Shown in pieces: positions 17,098 through 26,089 of a stretch of DNA of 64,000 bases; within the stretch, counting starts at the first letter, position 1; the number at the start of each line of letters is the position of its first letter. The position numbers and the translations under genes are program-made. The stretch comes from a virus. Where the stretch lies: the IMG/VR virus record IMGVR_UViG_3300045988_166882. One strand, given 5' to 3'. The notes under the pieces are model-generated. The model ran no database searches and was not told the DNA's origin. It saw only the letters and a program-made list of their open reading frames with translations.

Positions 17098-17913
17098 ATG
17101 AAAACTCTGATAGCACTATTCACCCGCGGTCGTATCGATCGCCAAAAGACCCTCCAACGGCTCACGCCTCAGGCGCGCCGCCGCGTGACGGTATTCTGTC
17201 ACCCCGGCGAGTTGGCTGCTCACCAGCGTAACTGGGGCGGTGAGGTTGCCGCCATCGAGGAATACAGCACTGCGTGTCGCGGCGTGGGGGACATACGGGA
17301 CTACATCGTTGTAGAGGCCCAAAAGCGGGGATTTGGCGGAGTCTTTTTCTTAGACGATAACGTGTCTTTCTCGCTGCGTTTAGACGATGCCAAGACCCCC
17401 GTGGTGGTAAACAACGACAATTTCACCGTCGAGGCCCAAGAATACATCTATTCGATGATGTTCGACTGGGTGGCGGAGCACTTGGACACCTACGCCGTCG
17501 CCGCGCTTTCGTATCGGCCCTTTAACCGCGACAAGGAACACGACGTACAAATCAACGGGCGATTCTTCTCCATTTGGGGACTGAACATCGCCCAGTACCT
17601 CAGCCAGCCCGTGAGGTTTCGCGATTGGCCTATCAAGGAAGACTTCGCCGTGGCTTGCGGTTTACGCCGCGCCGGGCTGGATAACGTGGTGTCGTACCAG
17701 TATTCGTTCGACAAGATGACCGGAGCCAACGCCGCTGGCGGTTGTTCCGTGTACCGCACTATCGAGAACTCCAACGCCGAGTCACAACGTTTAAGGGAAG
17801 AGTTCCCCGAATATATCACCCTTCGTACCAAGAAATGTACCAATTGGGGGGGTGAAATGAAGGACCGTGAAATGATTGAAGTTAAAATACACTTAAAAGG
17901 TTACAAGAAATGA
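17098..17913 (+). CDS. GT-A-fold glycosyltransferase-like protein
   Basis: VFFLDDNVSF is DxD-like. Collinear with the paralogue at 35286-36089, which carries SKNRP, NRGYSY and VVVMDDDI. Confidence 0.5.
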   Translation: MKTLIALFTRGRIDRQKTLQRLTPQARRRVTVFCHPGELAAHQRNWGGEVAAIEEYSTACRGVGDIRDYIVVEAQKRGFGGVFFLDDNVSFSLRLDDAKTPVVVNNDNFTVEAQEYIYSMMFDWVAEHLDTYAVAALSYRPFNRDKEHDVQINGRFFSIWGLNIAQYLSQPVRFRDWPIKEDFAVACGLRRAGLDNVVSYQYSFDKMTGANAAGGCSVYRTIENSNAESQRLREEFPEYITLRTKKCTNWGGEMKDREMIEVKIHLKGYKK

Positions 17914-18473
17914 TCGTAAAATTCAAGAAAGTACACCCCGACGCCGTACTGCCGCACTACGCTCACCCCGACGGTGAGGACAACGGACTGGACTTGGTTG
18001 CCGCAGCCGTTTTCGAGTCCGACGACTACATCGAGTACGACACAGGTATCGCCGTTGAAATCCCCAAGGGGTACTGCGGCCTGTTGGTCCCGAATTCACG
18101 TTGTTCGAAAAAGGACCTCGTGATGTGTAACGCGCCGGGTATCATCGACCCCGGATATCGCGGTACGATGCGTGCCCGCTACAAGAAGGTTTGGCACCTT
18201 CCGACGCTGCTCCATAAGTTCCTCCGCAGCGTGTGTACGTTGTTCTCGAACGCCTTCGGTGAAATAGCCGGGTTGCGTGCACAGGAAATCAATTTCGACG
18301 TCAAGCAGTTTGAGGTCGGTGAGGTAGTGGCCCAGTTGGTTATCATCCCCGCGCCGCAGATCGAGGTTGAGGAAACTGACACGCTGACGCCTTCGATGCG
18401 TGACACCGCGGGGTTCGGTTCGACGGTAAAAGCGGTTCCCGAGAGCGAACGTGTTCAAAATGCCGAAAAATAG
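17910..18473 (+). CDS. dut: dUTPase (trimeric family) with internal insertion
   Basis: Motifs NGLDL, PNSR, GIIDPGYRG, VVAQLVI and RDTAGFGST. About 34 extra residues between motifs III and IV. Confidence 0.85.
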   Translation: MIVKFKKVHPDAVLPHYAHPDGEDNGLDLVAAAVFESDDYIEYDTGIAVEIPKGYCGLLVPNSRCSKKDLVMCNAPGIIDPGYRGTMRARYKKVWHLPTLLHKFLRSVCTLFSNAFGEIAGLRAQEINFDVKQFEVGEVVAQLVIIPAPQIEVEETDTLTPSMRDTAGFGSTVKAVPESERVQNAEK

Positions 18474-18479
18474 AACGCC

Positions 18480-18659
18480 ATGGATCAACAACAATTACTG
18501 GCTCTTTTACTCGGAATAGGGTTCTTCTTCGTGATGCCGATTGCTCTTTTCCTGATCGGGTTGTCGAACGCTTCCTCAGATCGCCGTTTACGGCGTTATC
18601 GCGAAGAGTACAAACGAAAGTACGGATTTTATCCACCCGACGAATATTAACAAAATGAA
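18480..18659 (+). CDS. small membrane protein (59 aa)
   Basis: Hand-translated as MDQQQLLALLLGIGFFFVMPIALFLIGL.... Overlaps the next start. Below the ORF-track cut-off. Confidence 0.4.
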
Positions 18660-19242
18660 AACGATCCTCCAACACAACCCCGCCAAACAGGACAACGTCG
18701 AAGCCATGGCCGACGCGCTGGTAGAGTCGATGCGCTTCGCTGACCCTACGGTTGATTATCCTGATATCTCCAAGGCCAAAGCCGACGACGGCGTTCCGGC
18801 CGAGTGGTTCCACAAGGCATACGCCGGCATTACCGGTACGTCGGAACTCACGGCCATTCTTCAGTACACGCAGCAGCGGATGATTTTTGACCAGATTGGA
18901 GAAACGTTCCTCGGTATCGCCCTCACCGAGATGAAGCACTACGACCGATTAGGCGACTTCATCGACCATATCGGGGGCAGCGTATCGCGGCCCGTATTTT
19001 CGGCAGCCAAAGTGGACATTACGACCGAAAGCGCGGCCGAAGCCGTCCAGATCAACATCCGCGCCGAGCAGGACACCATCGCCGAGTACGAGAAACTCAT
19101 TCAGCGTATTCAGGCCAACAACCCTACGCCGACCGTTACATCCACGCTGGCGGTTCAACTTATCAACAAAATCATCGCCGACGAGCGCGTCCACGTGCGG
19201 TTGTTGAGTGAATTGGCGATTATGATCGATGAAACGTTATGA
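18655..19242 (+). CDS. ferritin-like di-metal protein (Mn-catalase/CotJC-like)
   Basis: ELTAILQYTQQ, plus two E-x-x-H motifs (LTEMKHY and ADERVHV). Confidence 0.5.
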   Translation: MKTILQHNPAKQDNVEAMADALVESMRFADPTVDYPDISKAKADDGVPAEWFHKAYAGITGTSELTAILQYTQQRMIFDQIGETFLGIALTEMKHYDRLGDFIDHIGGSVSRPVFSAAKVDITTESAAEAVQINIRAEQDTIAEYEKLIQRIQANNPTPTVTSTLAVQLINKIIADERVHVRLLSELAIMIDETL

Positions 19243-19535
19243 TATCCGCCACCGCTTACCGAAGGTGCCGTGCGCTGTTGCTGGCCGCGGTGAAGAATAT
19301 CGAAGCCGAACGCCCAGGAGTTATCGCCTGGGCGTCTCGTCAAGAACGGTGGTGGGAAGTGTGCGTGAGTGACTACGCGCTCTACCGCAGCGAACAATTT
19401 GCGCTGATACGGTCGGTGTACCGTAAGGCCATTTATGCCGCTGGCGGCGGTAAGGTGATATTCTGCTACGCCAAGCCCGACGCCGAACGGTTGTACGAGT
19501 TGGAGTTGAAAGGTAATTTGGTGATGGATTGTTGA
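19239..19535 (+). CDS. hypothetical protein
   Basis: 98-aa ORF with an ATGA overlap. Confidence 0.6.
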   Translation: MISATAYRRCRALLLAAVKNIEAERPGVIAWASRQERWWEVCVSDYALYRSEQFALIRSVYRKAIYAAGGGKVIFCYAKPDAERLYELELKGNLVMDC

Positions 19536-19600
19536 AAAATTTCTTCAAATTCTCTTGGAGAATTCAAATTTTCGCCGTACCTTCGCTCTTGGAAAGAATC
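19536..19600 (+). promoter_or_regulatory. promoter plus conserved leader, copy C of 4
   Basis: AAATTTCTTCAAATTCTCTTGG..TTTTCGCCGTACCTTCG (box at 19578-19585) followed by CTCTTGGAAAGAATC. Confidence 0.5.
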
Positions 19601-19618
19601 GTAAAACAAAATTGGTTA

Positions 19619-20445
19619 TGGAAAACACTCAAGACATCAACTCAATCCTCGCGAAACTGAAGAAACTGCAGCGTCTGTACGAAGGCGCCAAGGCCATCAA
19701 TTCTGAAGCCGAAGCCCAAAATGCTGCTGTTAAGATTCAGAACCTCCTCACCCAGTACAACCTTTCGATGGCTGATTTGGAAGCCGTGCCCGACAACGAG
19801 CAGAAGACCAACGTAACCGAAGAGCGCTTGGGTAGCGATTGGTGGCGTAAGTGCGGCGGCGCGTGGGACCAAGTCCTTATCGCTGGAATCTGTAAGTACA
19901 ACTACTGCTACGCTATCACAAGTCAGAGCGTGCGCTACCGTATCAACCGCAACGGCAACGAGGTACGCGAAAAGACTCAAAAGTACATCATCATCGGCGA
20001 ACCTCAGAACGTCGAGGTCGTAAAGTGGCTGTTCAACATTTTGGCGGACCAATTGTATAAACTGGCGCTGAAACGTTACCAAGAGTACCTCAACGACGAC
20101 GGTCAGGCCGTGATGCGTGTGTTCATGGGCGAAAAGCGGATGCACCGCGGTACGTTCTTGCGGTCGTATTTGACCGGAGCCGCCATTGGCGTTAAGGCCA
20201 AACTGAAGGAAGAGCGTGAACGCGAACTCCAAGCCCAAGTTCAGGTAAGCGCGCTGGTGCTTCGTACGGACCAGAAATTGAACGACTACGTGGCTGAGAA
20301 TTACAAGGACTTACGCTCGTCGCGTCCGGGACATATCGGTAGTGGCCACGCTATGGCGATGGGGCGTGAAGATGGCCGCAAGGTTAATATAACCCGCGGC
20401 GGTATCGCTGCTTCGAATACCAACTCTAACCAGATAGCGCAATGA
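19619..20445 (+). CDS. DUF2786-like protein
   Basis: The ATG at 19619 lies downstream of the leader. ILAKLKKLQRLYEGAKAINSEAEAQNAAVKIQNLL resembles the DUF2786 N-terminal motif. Confidence 0.6.
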
Positions 20446-21434
20446 AAATAAACCTCGTATTTGACGGGAATTTCCTGTACCACCTTTCGTTCTCGATCTT
20501 CTCGACGTACTACCGCGGTCAAGATATGTGCGCTGTACTCGAAGACCGTGAAAAGCGTCAGGTGCTGATCCGCAAGTGCGTGATGAACCTTTGCGCCGCG
20601 GTACGGCGTTTTGGTGATGACGTTGGTCGCGTGATAGTGGTCATCGACTCCCACTCGTGGCGCCGCGGCGTATACGACGACTACAAGTACGCCCTGACGC
20701 GGGTGAAAGAACCGTGGAGCGACGCATTCGTCGAAGTGTTGGGTGAGTTTGAAGCGTTGCTGCGTAAACGCGGGCTGATCGTTTCGCGTGTACCGGGCGC
20801 AGAGGGTGATGACCTGATTATGTTGTGGGCCTACGCGCTGGACGAACTCCCCGGCGAAGAAACCGTCATCCTCACGGCCGACAGCGACATCCGCCAGTTG
20901 ATCACGCCAACGGTTTCGGTATTCAACTACAACTCCAAGTTCATGAAATTCTACACCTTCCCCGGTAAGGAAGAGTTCTGGAACGAACGGCTGGATGCCG
21001 ACATTCAGGTCCTCGCCACCGAAGCGTTGGAGGTGTTGTTGTTTAAGGTGCTGATGGGCGATACGTCAGACAACATCCCCAAGGTTCGCCGCGGTTTTGG
21101 CGAAAAGGCGTTTGGCCGTTTCATCGAATCGCTGAAGCCGGAACTCAACGGCCGACTGGTATCGCCGTCGGCCTTCGAGGGGTACAGCAGTACCAAGTTG
21201 GCACTTTGGATTCAGTCCAAGTTTGAGCGTTTCTTGGGCAGCCCGCTGACGACGGAAGAGGTAGGGCGCATCCTTTTCAACGTCCAGTTGACTTGGCTGT
21301 CGCCGTCGGTTTACGGCCCCAAGCAGGAAGACCTGCTGATGGCGATGACCGAAGAGGTAGCCAACACGAAGGACTCCTACAACTATAAAAAGGCGTATAC
21401 GCTGGAAGACTTCTACGGAATGTTGATAAAGTGA
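20442..21434 (+). CDS. 5'-3' exonuclease / flap endonuclease (PIN-like)
   Basis: VFDGNFLYH, VIDSHSWRRGVYDDYK, GAEGDDLI, LTADSDIRQL, GDTSDNIPKV..GFGEKA. Confidence 0.8.
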   Translation: MKINLVFDGNFLYHLSFSIFSTYYRGQDMCAVLEDREKRQVLIRKCVMNLCAAVRRFGDDVGRVIVVIDSHSWRRGVYDDYKYALTRVKEPWSDAFVEVLGEFEALLRKRGLIVSRVPGAEGDDLIMLWAYALDELPGEETVILTADSDIRQLITPTVSVFNYNSKFMKFYTFPGKEEFWNERLDADIQVLATEALEVLLFKVLMGDTSDNIPKVRRGFGEKAFGRFIESLKPELNGRLVSPSAFEGYSSTKLALWIQSKFERFLGSPLTTEEVGRILFNVQLTWLSPSVYGPKQEDLLMAMTEEVANTKDSYNYKKAYTLEDFYGMLIK

Positions 21435-21452
21435 TTAAAATCAAGATACGCT

Positions 21453-21653
21453 ATGAAGAAATGGATGTGGATTCTTATCACCGCGGTGGTCCTTGTGATT
21501 GCCGCGGTGGTGTACGCTCATGAGGCGAAGATTATCCACACGCTGGTAGCCATCTTCTCGTTTGTAGCGGGAGTAGTGGCTCACTGGGCGTGGGTAAAGT
21601 ATTTGGCCGCGAAGGCCGTTAAACAGGACAACAACGATGGAAAACATTCGTGA
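21453..21653 (+). CDS. small membrane protein (66 aa)
   Basis: ORF with two hydrophobic helices. Confidence 0.55.
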   Translation: MKKWMWILITAVVLVIAAVVYAHEAKIIHTLVAIFSFVAGVVAHWAWVKYLAAKAVKQDNNDGKHS

Positions 21654-22314
21654 CATCATCCTCGGCGCTCGTGCTCAGCGTCAGGATCACATGCTGAAAG
21701 GCTTCGCCCCGGTCCCTGAAGACATTGAGGAGGGTGAAAAGGTCGAGAAGGCCGACAACGTCTTTGAGAAGATGGCCGACGCCATCGAAAAGGCTGAGTC
21801 GGACGACGCCGAGGAAGCCCTCCAAGGCGAGATTCAGAAATCGGACATCATGCAGGCCATCAGCGGTTACGGCTCGGAAATCAAGTTCAGCCGCTTGGGG
21901 AAGGAAATCAAGGCTAAACTGAAGGCTGATATTCTTCCGCCGTTGAACGCCAAACTGCAGGTCCTTACCGCCGAACTGGAAAGCCTTTTGGGTAACTGCG
22001 GCGGTGCGCCTACCGAAACCGTTCCGCCGTGGTATACGGCCGAGATCAAGATGGACGTTCCGTTCCGGCTGTTCAGCTGGGAAGAAACCAGTGACCGTGA
22101 AGCCCCTGCGCTGGCTGGTACGCTGGTCGACAACCAAACCGAAAACGCCGTAACGCCCGAAATGTACAAGTGCCGGCGTGACTACAACGAAAAGGTTCGT
22201 GACTACGCCAACGTGGCTACCGATATCAAGGCGTGCGAGATTCTCGACACCAACCTCTCCGACAACGAACGTTACCAGCTGTCGCCTCGGCAGTTGACGA
22301 TGTTCGGATTCTAA
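21637..22314 (+). CDS. hypothetical acidic protein
   Basis: 225-aa ORF with a Glu/Asp-rich N-terminal half. Confidence 0.65.
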   Translation: MENIRDIILGARAQRQDHMLKGFAPVPEDIEEGEKVEKADNVFEKMADAIEKAESDDAEEALQGEIQKSDIMQAISGYGSEIKFSRLGKEIKAKLKADILPPLNAKLQVLTAELESLLGNCGGAPTETVPPWYTAEIKMDVPFRLFSWEETSDREAPALAGTLVDNQTENAVTPEMYKCRRDYNEKVRDYANVATDIKACEILDTNLSDNERYQLSPRQLTMFGF

Positions 22315-22356
22315 ACCTCTTTTCTGTTTCCATTTTGTCAGGTTTGTTAGGACAGC

Positions 22357-22395
22357 GGCCCCGATTCGTAAGCGTTTCGGGGCCAACGTTTTTGA
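22357..22395 (+). terminator. rho-independent terminator
   Basis: GGCCCCG/CGGGGCC stem followed by AACGTTTTT. Confidence 0.5.
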
Positions 22396-22399
22396 GCGT

Positions 22400-22714
22400 A
22401 TGGACCGATGGAGATATTTCAAAATAGGTGATATCGTCACCGACCCCGAAGTGTGGGGAAAGACGATGTTCGTAATACGCACGCTGCACGGTAACGACTA
22501 CTGCCCGCTGATCAGTGGCGAGTCCCTAAAACCGATCCGCGGTCGCCGTATAAGGGTAAACCTCGGCGTGGGGGAGACGCGTCTTGTAAACGCTCCTAAA
22601 CGTCCGTTGATGAAGATTCCCGACGGTACGTTGGTGCGGTTAGCTGGAAAGAGCGTTGAAGCGCGGCGCGAATTGTTAATTAGAAGCTATCGTAAACAAT
22701 ATGGCAACGTTTGA
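22400..22714 (+). CDS. hypothetical protein
   Basis: 104-aa ORF. Confidence 0.6.
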   Translation: MDRWRYFKIGDIVTDPEVWGKTMFVIRTLHGNDYCPLISGESLKPIRGRRIRVNLGVGETRLVNAPKRPLMKIPDGTLVRLAGKSVEARRELLIRSYRKQYGNV

Positions 22715-23711
22715 CCATTATGCTTGGGCTGATAAACTACCCGACGCGTCGCTCGACGTGAGCGCAGAACACCACACGGAGTTCTTCCGGACGATGTTCG
22801 AGCGTCAGATGATATGGAAACGGCGGTTCTTAGATCAGGCTCCGCGCCCGTGGACTGAAGACCCCATACTACGCGACTACAAGTTTACCAACGTCTACCG
22901 CGAACTGGACCGAAACTCCCAGTGGCAAATACGTAATATCCTACTCGATGACGGGTTGACGCTGGCGAATCTGGTGTGGAAGATGATGGTGTTCCGCTAT
23001 TTCAACAATCCCGCCACGTTCGAATACGCTCGCGAAAAGTACGGTTGGGGAGCCGGCATCCCGGATCACGACCAATACGACGAAGACCTCTTTGCCGAGA
23101 TGATAACGTCGTACCGCGCTACGGGTAACAATCCCTATACTACGGCGTATCTGATCAATTCGATGGCCACGCCCGGTAAGCCGCGCGACTACTGCTACAC
23201 GCACTTGGTCGTCCCGACGCTTCACCGTCGGTTAGGCGAACTGATGCGGACGGTGTTGACGGCTGACACTCCGGAGCAGATCATCAAGTTCCTTCAGAGC
23301 CTTCCTTCATCGGCGACGTTTATCGCTCACGAATTCTACCAAGACTTCACCTACATACCGCGTTACACCTATCGCCGTTTTATGCGTTTCACCCAAGACG
23401 ACTACACCAACGTCGGTCCCGGCGCGTCCATAGGGCTGCGGCTGGTGTTTCCGTCGTTGAAGTGCCAAATTGACGGTATCTACCGTTTGCGTGACGAAGC
23501 CCGCGAGGCTCTTCAGCAGTGTGGAGACTTTCCATACCTACATTGGGATCGCGCAGGGCGTTGCTACCGGGTGTCGCGCTGCGGCGACGTGACGCTTCAT
23601 CAAGTTGAGATGTGGCTGTGTGAGTACCAGAAGTACTGGAAGATGAAGATCGGCGAAGGGAAGCAACGCTCAATCTTCGAACCGCGAACTCGTAAAATTG
23701 TAGGCCAATGA
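22701..23711 (+). CDS. alpha-glutamyl/putrescinyl-thymine pyrophosphorylase (aGPT-Pplase)-like protein
   Basis: ERQMIWKRRF..PRPWTEDPILRDYKFTNVYRELDRNSQW matches my recollection of the conserved N-terminal block of this family. Not verified by search. Confidence 0.5.
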   Translation: MATFDHYAWADKLPDASLDVSAEHHTEFFRTMFERQMIWKRRFLDQAPRPWTEDPILRDYKFTNVYRELDRNSQWQIRNILLDDGLTLANLVWKMMVFRYFNNPATFEYAREKYGWGAGIPDHDQYDEDLFAEMITSYRATGNNPYTTAYLINSMATPGKPRDYCYTHLVVPTLHRRLGELMRTVLTADTPEQIIKFLQSLPSSATFIAHEFYQDFTYIPRYTYRRFMRFTQDDYTNVGPGASIGLRLVFPSLKCQIDGIYRLRDEAREALQQCGDFPYLHWDRAGRCYRVSRCGDVTLHQVEMWLCEYQKYWKMKIGEGKQRSIFEPRTRKIVGQ

Positions 23712-24031
23712 TCACGTTCCACACCCCGTTGGAAACGGGCGAGTTTATGGGCATCGACTTTCAGGTGATGGCCGATGACCTTTCAACCAGTGCCGCACGA
23801 TTAGTAGTCGTCGGCACTTTCATATCACCCCTTACCGTTGAAGAGAAATCACACCTCCAAGACCTCGTTCACTTAATCCGCCGCGACGGTGAGTGGAACG
23901 GTTCGTATGACGACCAGACGGACTACTACTCATGGAACGGTCATCAGGTAGCAGTTTGGGGCGATATCATCCATCAGGCTATCATCATACGCAAGACGGC
24001 CCGCAACGACTTTTTGAATCTGTTGAGTTGA
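23708..24031 (+). CDS. hypothetical protein
   Basis: 107-aa ORF with an ATGA overlap. Confidence 0.6.
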   Translation: MITFHTPLETGEFMGIDFQVMADDLSTSAARLVVVGTFISPLTVEEKSHLQDLVHLIRRDGEWNGSYDDQTDYYSWNGHQVAVWGDIIHQAIIIRKTARNDFLNLLS

Positions 24032-24068
24032 CAGCCAATTATAGCTTAACAAATCGCATAAAAACATT

Positions 24069-25829
24069 ATGTCCGGTGTAAAAGAAAGATTGGAATCGGT
24101 AGAACGCGCCATGCAGGCTCTCACGATACGTAAATCGTTGTTGATGGAGCGAGCGTTGCGCAGCGACAACCCGTCCGACATACTCAAAGCCGCTGAGATA
24201 TTCAATCAGCAATCCAAGCCCGCTAACGTTGCTCCGAAGGCGTACCTGATCGACCCTTTGGAGTTCAATTCGTTTTTGGGCTATAAGGATAAGCCGTTTT
24301 CGCTTTCGTACGAAACGCTCCGCCGGATGAGCCGCACCCCCATCATCAACTCAATCCTCAAGACCCGTAAGAACCAGATAGCCGACTTCGCTGAACCGCA
24401 GGCCGACCGCTATTCGACGGGCTTCGTGATTCGCCGTAAGCCCAAGCACGGCCAAGAGCAGAAGATGGATTCACAGGACCGCAAGATCGCGTCTTCCATC
24501 ACCGACTTCATCCTCAACTGCGGCGATACCGCTACGTGGGACGGCGACGAGTTTGATGAGTTTATTCGTAAAATCGTTGACGACTCGTTGACGTTCGACC
24601 AGATGACGTTCGAGTGTATCCGGAACCGCCGCGGCAAACTGGTACGCTTTCAGGCCGTGGACGCCGCTACGTTCCGTCTTGCGGAATCGTACTTCGACGG
24701 CGAGTACAACAACCCGTACTTCGACGGCGCCATGACCGACGATCGCCAAAATTGGGGTCCCAAGGTCGACGGCTATTATCCGGCCTACGTTCAGGTGTAC
24801 CAAACAGCCAAGGTGGCGCAGTTCTATCCGTGGGAGTTGTGCTTCGGTATTCGCAATCCGACCACGTCGATCTACGCCAACGGCTACGGCAACTCAGAGT
24901 TGGAAGAGTTGATCAACGTGGTCACGTCGATGCTTTGGGGTGATGAATACAACCGCCGTTTCTTCTCACAAGGTTCTGCGCCGAAGGGTCTGCTCCGCAT
25001 CAAGGGTAACGTCAACGAGGCGTCACTCCAGCAGTTCAAGCAGCAGTGGCAGGCCATGATATCCGGCGTTATGCAGTCGTGGAAGACGCCCGTCGTTGAG
25101 GGCGATATCGACTGGGTTGACCTCCAGAAGAACAACCGCGACATGGAGTACAACTCTTGGATGGAGTACCTGATCAAGATCGCGTGCGCCGTATTCTGTA
25201 TTGACCCCACGGAAATCGGCTGGGATATTTCACGCTCCAACGGCAGCGGCCTTACCTTCGGCGACGGCCAAAAGCAGCGCATGGAGCAATCGAAAGACAA
25301 GGGTCTCTACCCGATGCTGAAATTCATCCAGCGTAAGATCAACAAATTCATCGTCGAGCAGATCAACCCCGACTTCGAGTTTGTGTTCATGGGCCTCAAC
25401 GGTATGACCATCTCCGAGGAATTGGAGATGGACATCAAACGCCTCCAAGCCTTCCAGACCGTGGACGAGATTCGCGAGAAGTGGGACCTCCCGGCTATCG
25501 GCGAAGAAAAGGGTGGCGATACCATCGAGAACGCCGTCATCCAGCAAGCACTCAGCGCCAAGCAACAGCAGCAACAGGCGATGGGTGGTATGGGCGGCGG
25601 CAACCCGTTCGAAGAGGCTGCGGGTATGGGTATGGAAGTCGCGGGTGGCCCGGCTGATGAACCTGTGGCTGGCGGCGAAGGTGAGGAAGACGATGAAGCG
25701 CAGGCCGGCAACCCGTTCGATCTCTACGCCCAAGGCGACGAAGAAGAAACTATGAAGGCCCGTGAGGCAAATCCGCTCGTGGCCGCATTCGATGAATACT
25801 TACAAAAAGCAATAAACCATGACGAGTAA
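24069..25829 (+). CDS. portal protein
   Basis: 586 aa. NSELEELINV..YNRRFFSQGSAPKGLLRIKG..QQFKQQWQAMISG is portal-like. Acidic Gln/Gly-rich C-terminus. Position downstream of terL fits. Confidence 0.75.
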   Translation: MSGVKERLESVERAMQALTIRKSLLMERALRSDNPSDILKAAEIFNQQSKPANVAPKAYLIDPLEFNSFLGYKDKPFSLSYETLRRMSRTPIINSILKTRKNQIADFAEPQADRYSTGFVIRRKPKHGQEQKMDSQDRKIASSITDFILNCGDTATWDGDEFDEFIRKIVDDSLTFDQMTFECIRNRRGKLVRFQAVDAATFRLAESYFDGEYNNPYFDGAMTDDRQNWGPKVDGYYPAYVQVYQTAKVAQFYPWELCFGIRNPTTSIYANGYGNSELEELINVVTSMLWGDEYNRRFFSQGSAPKGLLRIKGNVNEASLQQFKQQWQAMISGVMQSWKTPVVEGDIDWVDLQKNNRDMEYNSWMEYLIKIACAVFCIDPTEIGWDISRSNGSGLTFGDGQKQRMEQSKDKGLYPMLKFIQRKINKFIVEQINPDFEFVFMGLNGMTISEELEMDIKRLQAFQTVDEIREKWDLPAIGEEKGGDTIENAVIQQALSAKQQQQQAMGGMGGGNPFEEAAGMGMEVAGGPADEPVAGGEGEEDDEAQAGNPFDLYAQGDEEETMKAREANPLVAAFDEYLQKAINHDE

Positions 25830-26076
25830 CGAGAAGAACACCGCGCCCATCGTACAGCTGTTGGCTGACGCTATGCCCAAGCCTATCATCGACGCTTCTG
25901 GCGGCAGCGTGATCTACCGCGGCTATGCCCCCATTGGTACGGGTCAAGGTGAGGCCGGGTGGCGCATCGAGCGTGAGACCACCGCCAACGGCATCACCAT
26001 CACCGAATACCCCATCGGCGACATGAGTTACAATTTCGTGTGGGCCGACCGCGCTACCTACGTATATTCACGCTAA
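25819..26076 (+). CDS. hypothetical protein
   Basis: 85-aa ORF. Confidence 0.6.
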   Translation: MTSNEKNTAPIVQLLADAMPKPIIDASGGSVIYRGYAPIGTGQGEAGWRIERETTANGITITEYPIGDMSYNFVWADRATYVYSR

Positions 26077-26089
26077 ACCGAAACGCACA

